Under the pieces are notes generated by a model. It did not search any database. It was not told the DNA's origin and worked only from the letters and a program-made list of their open reading frames with translations. From Paraspadella gotoi (Eukaryota; Animalia; Chaetognatha), in assembly GCA_051294375.1 (NCBI GenBank), contig JBJCIZ010000481.1, forward strand, positions 1 through 13,311: DNA of 13,311 nt. Reading direction: 5' to 3'. Shown piece after piece: positions 1-9,248 of this stretch. The stretch's first letter is position 1. The number at the start of each line of letters is the position of its first letter. Made by a program: the position numbers and the translations under genes.

Positions 1-980
1 AAAAAAAAAAAAAGGAAAGAGAGATCGGATGAATCCAACGACGACACTGTTTCCGGCGCTGTGGAAGGGGGAAGAGAAGAGGAGATGTGAGGGAGAGAGA
101 GAGGAATGGGGAGGGAGAGAGAGATGGAGGGGGAAGAGAGGGGTAAAGTGAGGGGAGAGGAGAGAAGAAGAGGGAAGGGAGAAAGGGGGAGAAAGCGGGG
201 GGATGGGAGAGAGAGGGAGGTGAGGGAAAGAGAAGAATATTTTTATTTATTGGGGTTCATGTGTTTTTGATAAAAGAAAAGACGGATAAAAAGAACCGAA
301 ATAGACCTTTTAAACCTATTAATATTTGCTATATATAAATAAGAGGTTAAACATAAATTTCCAGGAAATCTTTTAAGAACAAAGATCATCCAGTCATCAT
401 ACTTTTTAAAATTTCCTTCCTGGTGTTTTTTCCTGCAAACTATATCTCGGAACAAAAGAGATATACATCAAAAGCTTTTGTAAATTTTTTTTCCCAATTT
501 TAAGATATTTTACTATGAAAGATTAATTTAGGTCATCTTATTATGGTCCGTCAGTCTATCTGACTTAATAAGTATAAATTATTTAAAATAATAATTATTA
601 ATTTCTATGAATCAATAATTTTTTAACGTTTTGCTGTGTTAAACTTATTTAATTTTTTATTGTTAAGATCATGCAAGATAAAATTAATTTTGTGCCGACA
701 CTTGAAAGATGTGATTCTTGTTCTTAAAATCTTTTTTTTCTCTTCTTTTATTCCATAAAAAACAAATTGGAAATTGAGGTCGTCGTCGATCGATCGTTCA
801 GTCGTTGTCAATCTTTGTCAAAAATCTAAGACCAAAACCTATGTTTAATCTTTTATAAATCTATAAATATCGATCACCTCGTAATTACTCCTTCTCTCTC
901 TCTCTCTCTCTCTCTCCTCTCCTTCTCCTCTCTCTCTCTCCACTCATCTCTCTCTCACTCGTCTCTCTCTCTCTCTCCAT
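1..980 (-). CDS. Candidate spliced orphan gene A (partial, runs off the left edge); N-terminal Glu-Arg repeat; frameshifted as sequenced
   Basis: Minus-strand ATG at 980 is followed by (GA)n (MERERE...) and then non-repetitive peptide fragments NYEVIDIYRFIKD, ERSIDDDLNFQFVFYGIKEEKKKILRTRITSFKCRHKINFILHDLNN, KYLKIGKK and KKYDDWMIFVLKRFPGNLCLTSYLYIANINRFK. Putative introns are 564-513 (AA|GTCAGA...CTTTCATAG|) and 306-59 (AAG|GTCTAT...pyrimidine tract...TTCCACAG|). Joining the fragments needs several indel corrections. Confidence 0.45.
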
Positions 981-998
981 CTCTCAACGTTTTCCCTC

Positions 999-1040
999 GG
1001 TTTGGGCGGGCAGAGAGAGAAGAGAAAGCGAGATGATTGG
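999..1040 (-). promoter_or_regulatory. Putative promoter of gene A: CCAAT box plus GC box
   Basis: The minus strand reads GCCAATCA (plus 1033-1040) then CCCGCCCAAACC (plus 999-1010), about 20 nt before the ATG at 980. Confidence 0.4.
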
Positions 1041-1372
1041 CAGGAAGAGAGGGCTGGCGCTTTTTCACTCGAGTGGCAAAAAAAGCGAATAGAGCGGCCG
1101 GAAGAGACGAGAGAGAGAGAGAGAGGAGAGAGAAGAAGAGAGGAAGAAAAAAAAAGGGAAGAGAGAGAGAAAGAGACGAGAGAGACGAGAGAGAGAAAGA
1201 GAGAGAGTTCAAGAAAACAGAGGAACGCAGAAAAGTGTTTCTGACAGAGATGCGCAGAAAACAAGGGATGAGTTAATTATTGTTTGGCATGCAATTGTAT
1301 AACGAAAATGTTAATTAGAACAAATAAACTCCAGAGAAATCACAAAACGTAGAAATGACCTTACTGGGATAA

Positions 1373-1863
1373 CTATTTTAGAAAAACGTCGTCGTCGTCG
1401 TCGTCGTCTTCATCGTCGTCGTTCGCCGTTAACTTTTGTCGTCGTCGTCCTTCGTTGCTGTCTCGTTCTCATCCATCGTCCGTCGTCATCGTTGTCGTCG
1501 TCTTCATCGTCGTCTCGCGTCTTTCAGTCGTCGTCGTTGCCGTTAACTTTTGTCGGTCGTCGTCCTTCGTTGCTGTGTCCGTCTTACATCGTCGTCGTCA
1601 TCGTGTCGTCGTCTTATCGTCGTCGTCGTCGTCTTCATCGTCGTCGTTTTGCCGTTAACTTTTGTTCGTCGTCGTCTTCGTTGCTTGTCGTCGGTCTTGA
1701 ATCGGTCGTCCGTCATCGTTGTCGTCGTCTTTCAATCGTCGTCGTCCGTCGTCAATCGTCCGTCGTCGTCATCGTCGTCCAGTCGTCATGGTAAAAAGGG
1801 CGTTTACGGTCTTTTTGATTCTTTTTAATTTCGAGACGAAGAGCAGTGGACGACGAGAAGACC

Positions 1864-1894
<31 letters not shown>

Positions 1895-1940
1895 CAGAGA
1901 GCAAGAGAGGACAGAAAGAAAGAGAGAGAGGAGAGAGAGA

Positions 1941-1979
<39 letters not shown>

Positions 1980-2007
1980 CAGAGATAGAGAACAGAGAGA
2001 GAGAGAC

Positions 2008-2043
<36 letters not shown>

Positions 2044-2085
2044 GAGGAGAGAGAGAGAGAAATAGAGAGAGAGAACAGAAAGAGA

Positions 2086-2136
<51 letters not shown>

Positions 2137-3525
2137 AATAAAGGAGAGAGAGACACAAGAGAGACCAAAGGAGAGAGAGGAGAGAAGATAGGAAAGAGAG
2201 AGAGAGAGAAAGAGAGAGAGACAGAGACAGAGCAAGAGACAGAGTACAAGAGAGAGAGAGAGAGTACTATGTTAAACGCAAGATTATTGACGATCGTCCC
2301 CTTGTACAAGACTTTGATTTTCCCGTTTCCTGTAGATTGACTTAATTCATCTGTCAAGAGAAAAAAGGTTTAACAGATGAAATAAATAGATAGAGATGAA
2401 ATGTAAGGACCAGAATGTAAATAAGAAGTTGTTAGAAAAACCTTTAACTTAAAAATCGATAAATAAGTATAAGTTGATTAGGAAATGATACTTAAATCTA
2501 ATTTGCATTTTTATAACATATAAAATATAATTCGGTTCAACATTCTGGCATGTTTTAGGCGGTGTAAAATTTAAATTAATTTACGAGTATATAGGATAGT
2601 AATATTTATTTTATACAGCCTTGGATCTAACACTATCATGTTAAGAATTTTTTTATTAAACACCTCATGTTTAAAAAAAACCAGGTCCCTTTCAGGAATA
2701 TTTTATTTCTAAATTTTAGACTTTCGTATCTTTACGGAAATACTGACCTCGCCAAGGCTACACCACTTTTTTTACAAGCAAGCCTTACCTTTTCTAAAAA
2801 GCTTACCTCTCAAATAAATATAAATATCGATGAAGTTTTAATAAATTTCTGTTGCATTGTCGCTCGTTGAAGTTGTGCGAATAATTGGGATTCAGTAAAG
2901 ATTTCCTTGGAAAGATTAACCTGGAAAAGAGAGAAGAAAATACTACGTAAATTAGAGGAAGGAAAAAATACATGAAAACTAAGGGGAACAAATACTGTAA
3001 AAGATGGAGGGAAATACATGAAAACGGAGGGAAAATACTGTAAAAGATAGAAGGAAATACATGAAAACGAGGGGAAAATATTGTAAAAGATGGATGGCAA
3101 ATAACATGAAAACGAGGGGAAAATTTACTGTAAATGATAGAGGGAAATTAACATGAAACCGAAGGGGAAAAATACAGTAAAAGATAGGGGAAATAACGTA
3201 TATAAAACGGACTGTAACAGACAACAAGGACCTAGACAGACAGACCGACCGTTTGATTGATTGGATCGATACTCCCATCATTAATGTCGATTGGTGTTGA
3301 GTCATGTCGGCGATTTGACTGAAATTAATCATTTTAAAAAAATTATTAACGATTAAATTTTAGATTTGATAATAAAAACGCAGTTAACGTTTCGGTTTAA
3401 CTGCGGCTCCTAAAATAGATACCGGCTTTAAATTTTTTTTAAAATAGTATGTATTAACCACAATTTTAATAATAAACTACACCATACCACCTGGCCTGTC
3501 CTCTTATTCACACACACACAGCACA

Positions 3526-3603
<78 letters not shown>

Positions 3604-4954
3604 ACTCACCCGCTACATAATCCGGCCGACAAACCGCCCAGCAACGCAATCCGAGAACCGGAAAAGGAATATTACTTGGATAATAATTGACGACGATGAC
3701 GACGAAGTAGCCGACGACGACCGACGACCGAAAAACGACGAACGACTTCTTCTTCTTCTCCATCCCGTCGACGTCATCCCTACACGCCCTTCCTCGGCAG
3801 CCCGCCGCTTCAGCGCCGAGAACCCCTTTCTAGACAGCCCCGTGCCATCCCACTTCACCCGAGGGGCGTGTCCCCTCCAACCAGAACTGCCCGGCGAAAT
3901 TGTCCCAACTCTTCCCACTTCTCTCTTGTATGGCGCAGCAATCGCGTAGATCTGTCAAGGTCGCAGAGACGGCCGCTGAGGCGTTTGGGGCGCCGGCCCG
4001 GGCCGGCCGCTAACCAAAAGTAGCGGGCGGAGTGGAGTAAAGCCGCGCCGTGGAAGTTGGGCGAGGCTGAGGGTTGGCGCCGATGCAACGCCGCCTTCCC
4101 ACAACGTCGCCGTTAGACTGAACCAATTCGAAGGCGCTCACGTGATCTGCGTCGAATCATACGAGAAAAAGCGCGGTTGCTGTGAAAACGCGATTGCCGG
4201 TGGACGAGTTAGCGACGCCAGAGGGCCCGGCGCGACGGTGCGAAGTTAGGATAGGATTTGTTCGGGACTTTTCGGCCGCTTAAGCTGGATTGGCGCGAAT
4301 CCGAGGCGGGAGGTCTGTCAAAATCGCTCACAACACGTGGAAAGTCCTACAATCCCAGCGCCTGCAGTTTATGTCTTGCGGAAAGTCCTGCGATCCGCAG
4401 CGGAATTTGCAGCGACCGCGGGATGAAGGACGGAACTCTCGACGCGTCTTTTTCTTGGAACCTGCGTGTCGTCGTCGTCTTTTTACGGCCGGCCCGCCGG
4501 CGTTCTTTTTCGTCGTCCTCCGTGGTTACCATCGTCGTTGTGTCCGTCCGTCTCGTCCTCTTCGTCGTCGGTGGAGAAGAGGACGAGGGGCGACCGGATT
4601 CGATCTCCACGTCGACGAACGGGCCGAATTCGGCGGCGTCGTCGACGGCGCCATCTTTTGACATCCTCGACGCCGGCCTTAATGAGAGGGAGAAGAAGAG
4701 AGAAGAGAGGGAATGTGGGGTGTGAGGTCAGAATGAGTCAGGTTGGGTCTGGTTCTGTTAGGATAGATGGGGTCAGAAATGTGTCTCGTTGGGTCAAATT
4801 GAAGTCGGTTAGGGTTTTTTTTCGACAGATTGGGTCACGTTAAGGTCTTGTGACTTTTAAAGATAGATAAAATTAAGGCCGACGATCGTTCCCACCTGAA
4901 AAAACCTCGAAAGGACGCGAATTTGCTGGAGCTGCTGGAGCTGAGAAACGTCGT

Positions 4955-4986
<32 letters not shown>

Positions 4987-5115
4987 CGTGATGGAGAGAT
5001 CTGGGCGGAATCTGAAGGACCACTTGGGGGTCGCGGAGCTGTGGAGATGAGGGGGAGGGAGAGAGAGAGAGAGGTTGAGTGAGGGAGAGTGTAAGAGAGA
5101 GAGAGAGAGAGACAG

Positions 5116-5161
<46 letters not shown>

Positions 5162-5801
5162 AGAGAGAGAAAGGAAACAAGAAGAAGAAAAAAGTTTAAA
5201 CTGAAAAATTTAAAACTCATGGACCTAATTTTTTGGTGGCAAAAACAACAGATCAAACAACTAACCTGACTCTTAGGAGTCGCGATAGAAAAGGAGGGAG
5301 AGACGGGAACAGATCGACCAACAGACGGACTGACTCGACTAACCTGACCGTTAGGGTGCGAATAGAAAGATGGAGAGACGGATTCCCTTTTCCCCATTAG
5401 TGAATAAGAGACGCCTGAAGCCCAAACTCCTCTTCCTCGGCTCATTCTTAGGAGGAGACGGGGACGTTGCGTAGTCGTGATGTTGTTGCTGTAGTTGGTT
5501 GTGGTTTAGCCGTTTCTGTTATTATTGCTGCTGTTGCGATATGCTGTAGTGTTTTTTATGTTTGCTGGTTCCCCGTTTGATGCTGTTTCGGGTTGCTGTT
5601 GGAGTTTATATGGTCTTGTTAATACAATTCTATTTTAAACGCAAAGAAATATAAAAAATAAAAATGTTTTTCTTTTTTTTTACCCTTAAACTTTTTTAAA
5701 TTTTATTTTTCTTCTAAGCGGCCAGAGAGATTTTCCGGTCCTTTTCTAGTAAAGATACTATTCAGATCTTTTCCGGTCGTTTACGAGGATTTTCCGGTCA
5801 T
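1373..5801 (-). CDS. Multi-exon orphan gene B: Q/S-rich N-terminus, acidic/basic NLS-like stretches, non-repetitive C-terminal domain, poly-Asp tail
   Basis: Minus-strand exons with GT-AG signals: 5801-5684 (ATG, tentative; AGG|GTAAAA); 5629-5266 (AATAG|...CAG|GTTAGT; QQHHDYATSPSPPKNEPRKRSLGFRRLLF); 5038-4896 (TCCACAG|...CAG|GTGGGA; LRDPQVVLQ..DDDD..SQLQQLQQIRVLSRFFQ); 4677-3610 (CATTAAG|AGVEDVKRW...STDDEEDETD...PRKRRV...YPSNIPFPVLGLRCWAVCRPDYVA, CGG|GTGAGT); 3318-3250 (TTTCAG|...DINDGSIDPINQT); 2920-2807 (TTTCCAG|VNLSKEIFTESQLFAQLQRATMQQKF..LHRYLYLFE, GAG|GTAAGC); 2350-2268 (TTGACAG|DELSQSTGNGKIKVLYKGTIVNNLAFNI); 1862-1373 (VFSSSTALRLEIKKNQKDRKRPFYHDD...DDDVFLK*). Junctions FFQ|AGV, NQT|VNL and FNI|VFS are phase-consistent; others and internal frames need indel correction. 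No family recognised. Confidence 0.65.
1387..1787. repeat. (GTC)n/(GAC)n-based array with a ~113-bp higher-order unit, encoding the poly-Asp tail of gene B
   Basis: The marker GCCGTTAACTTTTGT recurs at 1425, 1539 and 1651 (spacing 114 and 112) within GTC triplets. Confidence 0.9.
1864..2264. repeat. (GA)n compound microsatellite filling the last intron of gene B
   Basis: About 400 nt of near-pure GA/GACA repeats; source of the spurious poly-LS and poly-ER ORFs. Confidence 0.95.
2935..3212. repeat. ~43-47-bp intronic minisatellite, about 6 copies
   Basis: Consensus ~GGGGAAAATACTGTAAAAGATAGAGGGAAATACATGAAAACGA; CATGAAA recurs at 2971, 3017, 3060, 3105 and 3152. Confidence 0.9.
3529..3598. repeat. 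(CT)n microsatellite in an intron of gene B
   Basis: Near-perfect CT dinucleotide run just inside the GTGAGT donor at 3609. Confidence 0.95.
5051..5175. repeat. (GA)n microsatellite; forms the polypyrimidine tract for the minus-strand acceptor at 5039
   Basis: GA run directly abutting TCCACAG| on the minus strand. Confidence 0.9.
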
Positions 5802-6404
5802 ATTTTTCTCTCAAAGAAGTGCCGAGATATATTTAAATATATTTTAGAGAGAGAGAGAGTGAGACAGTGAGACAGAGAAGAGAGAAAGAATTCTCGGAAA
5901 TCTTTGATTTCTTCCATCCTAAATAGCTCCTTTGTTTCGTGGGGCGTTTTTCTTTTTTTTAGTGTTTCCTTCGTCTTTTGTTTTTTTGTTTTTAATCTTT
6001 TTTGACTTTTTTTTTCTCCTGGGCCCCAAAGGCGTCCGCTTCGGAGGGAAAAGGCGAAGATCACTTTTTCTTTTTGGGTCGATGAGAGGAGAAGAGAGGA
6101 GGGAGAGAGTGACGGAGAGAGAGAAAGAGATGATATAATCTGTGGGGGGGAAATAAACAATGAGAATTGAATCTTTAGTTATACAGTAAATAACCAATTA
6201 AATCAAGTCTGGAACTATTTTTAGTCATTAAGGAAGAAACTAACTGGTGGACTTTAGGCAAATGTTAGGTCTTAGTTAATATTTACGTATCATTAATGTT
6301 TATATTTATATTATACAATTATTGTAACACGTTTATCATTCTTTGACTCTGCATCAGATTCAGATGAACTCAATATTACATTTTGAATTCATTACATCTT
6401 AAAC

Positions 6405-6745
6405 CTAAAATTGGTTCGACCAAAAATTTTTTTGAACAAAATAGTCCGATTAAAAATTAGTTTACACTAAATGTCCCGCCCAAACCAGTACGATTGAAAT
6501 AGTCGAACTAAAAGTTTATTGCCCAATGGTCAACAAAAACTAGTCGAACAAAGAAGTCGAACATGGTCCCAATTAAAATAGTAATAATTAATATCAATCA
6601 AAGTTTAAATAACCAAAATGGTTTTGACCAAATTAGAAAATCAAAATAGTCATTAGAAATAGTTTGACCAAAACTAGTCGAACCAAAATGGTTGATTCAA
6701 ATAGTCCGACCACAATGGTTCGACTAAAACTCATCGACCAAAAAT
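6405..6745. repeat. Degenerate ~14-15-bp tandem repeat array
   Basis: Recurring units such as AAAATTGGTTCGACC, AAATAGTCCGA, AAAACTAGTCGAAC, AAAATGGTTTTGACC and AATGGTTCGACTAAAA. Confidence 0.75.
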
Positions 6746-6824
6746 TTCTCGTAACAAATTGAATTGAAGAAAAAAAGTTTATAAACGGAAAAGATCCCGC
6801 CCTTTTTAGTTTTTTTTCATCTTT

Positions 6825-6860
6825 TGAAAAGAGAGAAGAGAGAGAGAGAGAGAGGAGGAG

Positions 6861-6891
<31 letters not shown>

Positions 6892-7790
6892 TATTGCGTG
6901 CGAAAATCCCTGATGTAGCGAGGCGGAGTTTTGTGACTTCAAAATTTCAAAGTTTATTTTTTCTTTTGCCACAAATTAAAAGTTAAAAAACAAATGTTTG
7001 TTCGGTTTTTGTTTTTTTTTTGTTTTATTTGCATGAGAATGCGTTTTTCGCTATGTTTAATTTCTCTCTTTCTCTTTCTCTCTCTTTTTTAAATGTTTTT
7101 TTCTCTCTCACTTCCACCCTCTCTCTCTCTCCTCTCTCTCTCTCTCGACCCTCTCTCTCTCTCCCCCAGATAGTCGAATTCGAAACTTATTTTGTTTATC
7201 AGAAAATTCCCTCGTCGGCCGTTGCCAGGTTCTAGAGTTTTTTGGGCGTTTCCTTCTGGATGCTAAACGTGATTAGTGAAGAAAAGAGAGAGAGAGAGAG
7301 AGCGAGAAGGCGAGAGAGAGAGAGATAGAGAGACGAGAGAGAGTAGAGAGAAAAATACCATCCAGTTATTAAAATCCATGACGTCAAAACTCCTAAGTTC
7401 ATGGAATAACTTTTTTAATGATAAAAAAATACTTTAATCTTTAAATATTTCATGTAACTTAATAAACAAAAGGTATAATGATCTTTAAAGAAGTAAAGAT
7501 CCTATTTGTAACCAAAAAAAGAAGTGTAATAACACGATAAAGTCTCAATAAATTAAAAAATTAAATTAATTAAAAAAAGCCAAACTGAAGGTCCATTGTC
7601 TCTTTTGTACTCCCACTCTTTTTTAATGTCCCTTCATTCTCTCTAATCGATATCTCATCTTTTTAGGTTGCGCAGCGGAAAAACTCGCGAGAAAACTCTA
7701 TAATGTCACTTTTCGGTCGTTCTGATCGGTCCAAATCGGTAATCTCTGTCCGTCCCACCGGTCCTGTTCCCTTACGTTAAAAAGGCATTA
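6825..7790 (+). CDS. Candidate spliced orphan gene C with Glu-Arg repeats and Cys-containing segments; frameshifted as sequenced
   Basis: Exon ~6825-6951 (ERE...SIACENPxCSEAEFCDFKIS, weak donor GTTTAT); exon 7170-7453 (CT tract CCCCCAG|IVEFETYFVYQKIPSSAVARF..FLGVSFWMLNVISEEKRERE..KYHPVIKIHDVKTPKFME, T|GTAACT); exon from 7667 (branch-like CTAAT at 7643, TTTTTAG|; phase-consistent C-CAAEKLARKLYNVTFRSF). The start codon is not clearly seen. TCCCGCCC lies upstream at 6796-6802. Confidence 0.45.
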
Positions 7791-8083
7791 ATTCCCTATA
7801 GTTGGTTCGCTCTTTTGTTAAGACCGAAAAAAACTCAAAATCTAAGTGACTGCTTAGAAAGGAAATAAAAGACGCATCTGATGCAGTGCGTCTCAAAATA
7901 CCAGCCTAAGAAAGTTTGTATTATTAGTCAATCAAGTCGCGTATGTCGAGTCACGTCATGAGATACACGTGTTAAGGGAAAGTTACTGCGGCGAAAACAC
8001 ATTTGAATTACGGTTCGTTGTTCTTATCTTCATCTTTCATTTTCTCTCCCAAATTTCTCATTCCATCCAAACCCCTTCTAAGC

Positions 8084-9028
8084 AGCCCATGGAACGGGTC
8101 CCTGGGCCTTGAAACCGGGCTTGAGGGTTTCTCCCAGACCCCAAGGTGGTTACGGCCGTCCCAAGACGTTTCCCCGGGTATGCATTAATGATCGATCTTC
8201 GGTATACACATTGGGATCGATCTCGGTAAACAATTGGGGATCCCGATCCTCGGTAAATTGGGGGATCGATCTCGGTACAATTGAGGATCGGTCCCCTCGG
8301 GTTACAATTGGGGATCCAAATCTCCGGTACCAATGGGGATTGATCTCGGTACCATTAGGGATCGATTGTGGTACAATTGGGGAATCGATCTTGGTATCAT
8401 TAGGAAATGGTCCGTGGTAAATGGCATTCCGATCTTTGGTGAAATTGGGGGATCACTCTCAGTACTAATTTGGGATTGCTCTGGATACAATTGGGGGATC
8501 GATCTTGATACCATTAGGGATGATCATGTACAATTGGGATCGATCTCGGTACAATTGAGGATCGATCTCGGTACAATTGGGATTGATCCTCGGTAACATT
8601 GGGGATTGATCCAGTAACAATTGGGGATCGATCTTGGTACAATTGGGGATCAATCTCGGTACAATTGAGGATCGATCTCGGTACAATTGGGGATTGATCT
8701 CGGTACCCATTGGGGATTGAATATCGGTACAATATGGGGATCAATCCCGCTTCAAATATGGGGATCGATCTCGGTACAATTGGGGATCGATCTCGGTACC
8801 ATTGGGGGGATCGATCTCGGTACAATGGGGATCGATCCCGTTACAAGATTGGGGATCGATCTCTCTTTTGGGTACCATTAGGGAATCCGATCCCGCTACC
8901 TGATGGTCATGAGCTTGATGATCATTACTCAATGAGCCACCGGGGTAATGCTTATAGGCGGGGTGAACTTATTACAATGCCCGACTACCCGAACAACCTT
9001 CGACCGATCTTCGAACTGCCAACCGCGC
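8084..9028 (+). other. Candidate exon pair flanking the 22-bp array (array would be intronic); strand uncertain
   Basis: Pyrimidine tract plus TAAGCAG| near 8083, donor CCGG|GTATGC at 8178, acceptor CCATTAG| at 8881. The join is phase-consistent: ...SQDVSP-G-NPIPLPDGHELDDHYSMSHRGNAYRRGELITMPDYPNNLRPIFELPTAR. The minus strand of 8007-8185 is also open (…GMRNLGEKMKDEDKNNEP*), and the acceptor itself is repeat-derived, so the strand is ambiguous. Confidence 0.3.
8188..8895. repeat. 22-bp minisatellite, about 30 copies, consensus GGGGATCGATCTCGGTACAATT
   Basis: The unit is directly visible many times (e.g. 8760-8781). Each unit contains the palindromes GATCGATC and GTAC, and CAATTG spans the unit junction. 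There are no unique spacers. Confidence 0.97.
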
Positions 9029-9034
9029 GGTCTG

Positions 9035-9110
9035 CCCACTCAGCCCACTCACCCACTCACCACTCAACCACTCACACTCACCACTCACTACTCATCACTC
9101 ACCACTGACC
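9035..9110. repeat. 7-bp tandem repeat (CACTCAC)n, about 10 copies
   Basis: ccactcagcccactcacccactcaccactcaaccactcacactcaccactcactactcatcactcaccactgacc. Confidence 0.9.
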
Positions 9111-9210
9111 ATCAAGTATCGTCTGATCCTGATTTTTTGAAAAAAAGGGAGAGAGATATGGGAGGGGAGGGAGAGAGAGAGAGAGAGATCAGGGAGTGAG
9201 CAGAAGGAGA

Positions 9211-9248
<38 letters not shown>

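Noticed and set aside
944-2340. Poly-LS, poly-ER, poly-V/S/R ORFs in the track (similar ones at 4857-5269 and 11417-12441)
   Set aside because: Stop-free microsatellite translations; only the unique flanking parts and the minus-strand Asp frame have splice or stop support.
2664-2708. Extra 45-nt micro-exon of gene B (NKIFLKGTWFFLNM)
   Set aside because: It has AG/GT borders and a matching entry phase, but the exit phase does not fit the next exon; left out of the model.
4258-4843. Plus-strand ORFs over the GC-rich block
   Set aside because: Antisense shadows; splice signals and phase continuity support the minus strand.
4720-4850. Telomere-like (TTAGG)n repeat
   Set aside because: Only a degenerate GGTCA/GGTTG pentamer pattern inside an intron, with no true tandem TTAGG run.
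5880-6100. Lys-rich ORFs upstream of gene B
   Set aside because: Driven by T homopolymers, with no convincing start or splice support.
8188-8895. CRISPR array
   Set aside because: Units are head-to-tail with no unique spacers, the context is eukaryotic and no cas genes are present.
8058-8932. Overlapping ORFs such as GIDLGT/YRDRS repeats
   Set aside because: These are translations of a 22-bp (non-triplet) minisatellite in multiple frames.
8007-9020. NADAR/YbiA-like motifs on the minus strand (W..DRSKVVRVVGHCNKF ... WDGRNHLG)
   Set aside because: The central E-x(3-4)-D-x2-WG motif is missing, the spacing is too short, there is no AG acceptor near 8185, and plus-strand splice signals are better.
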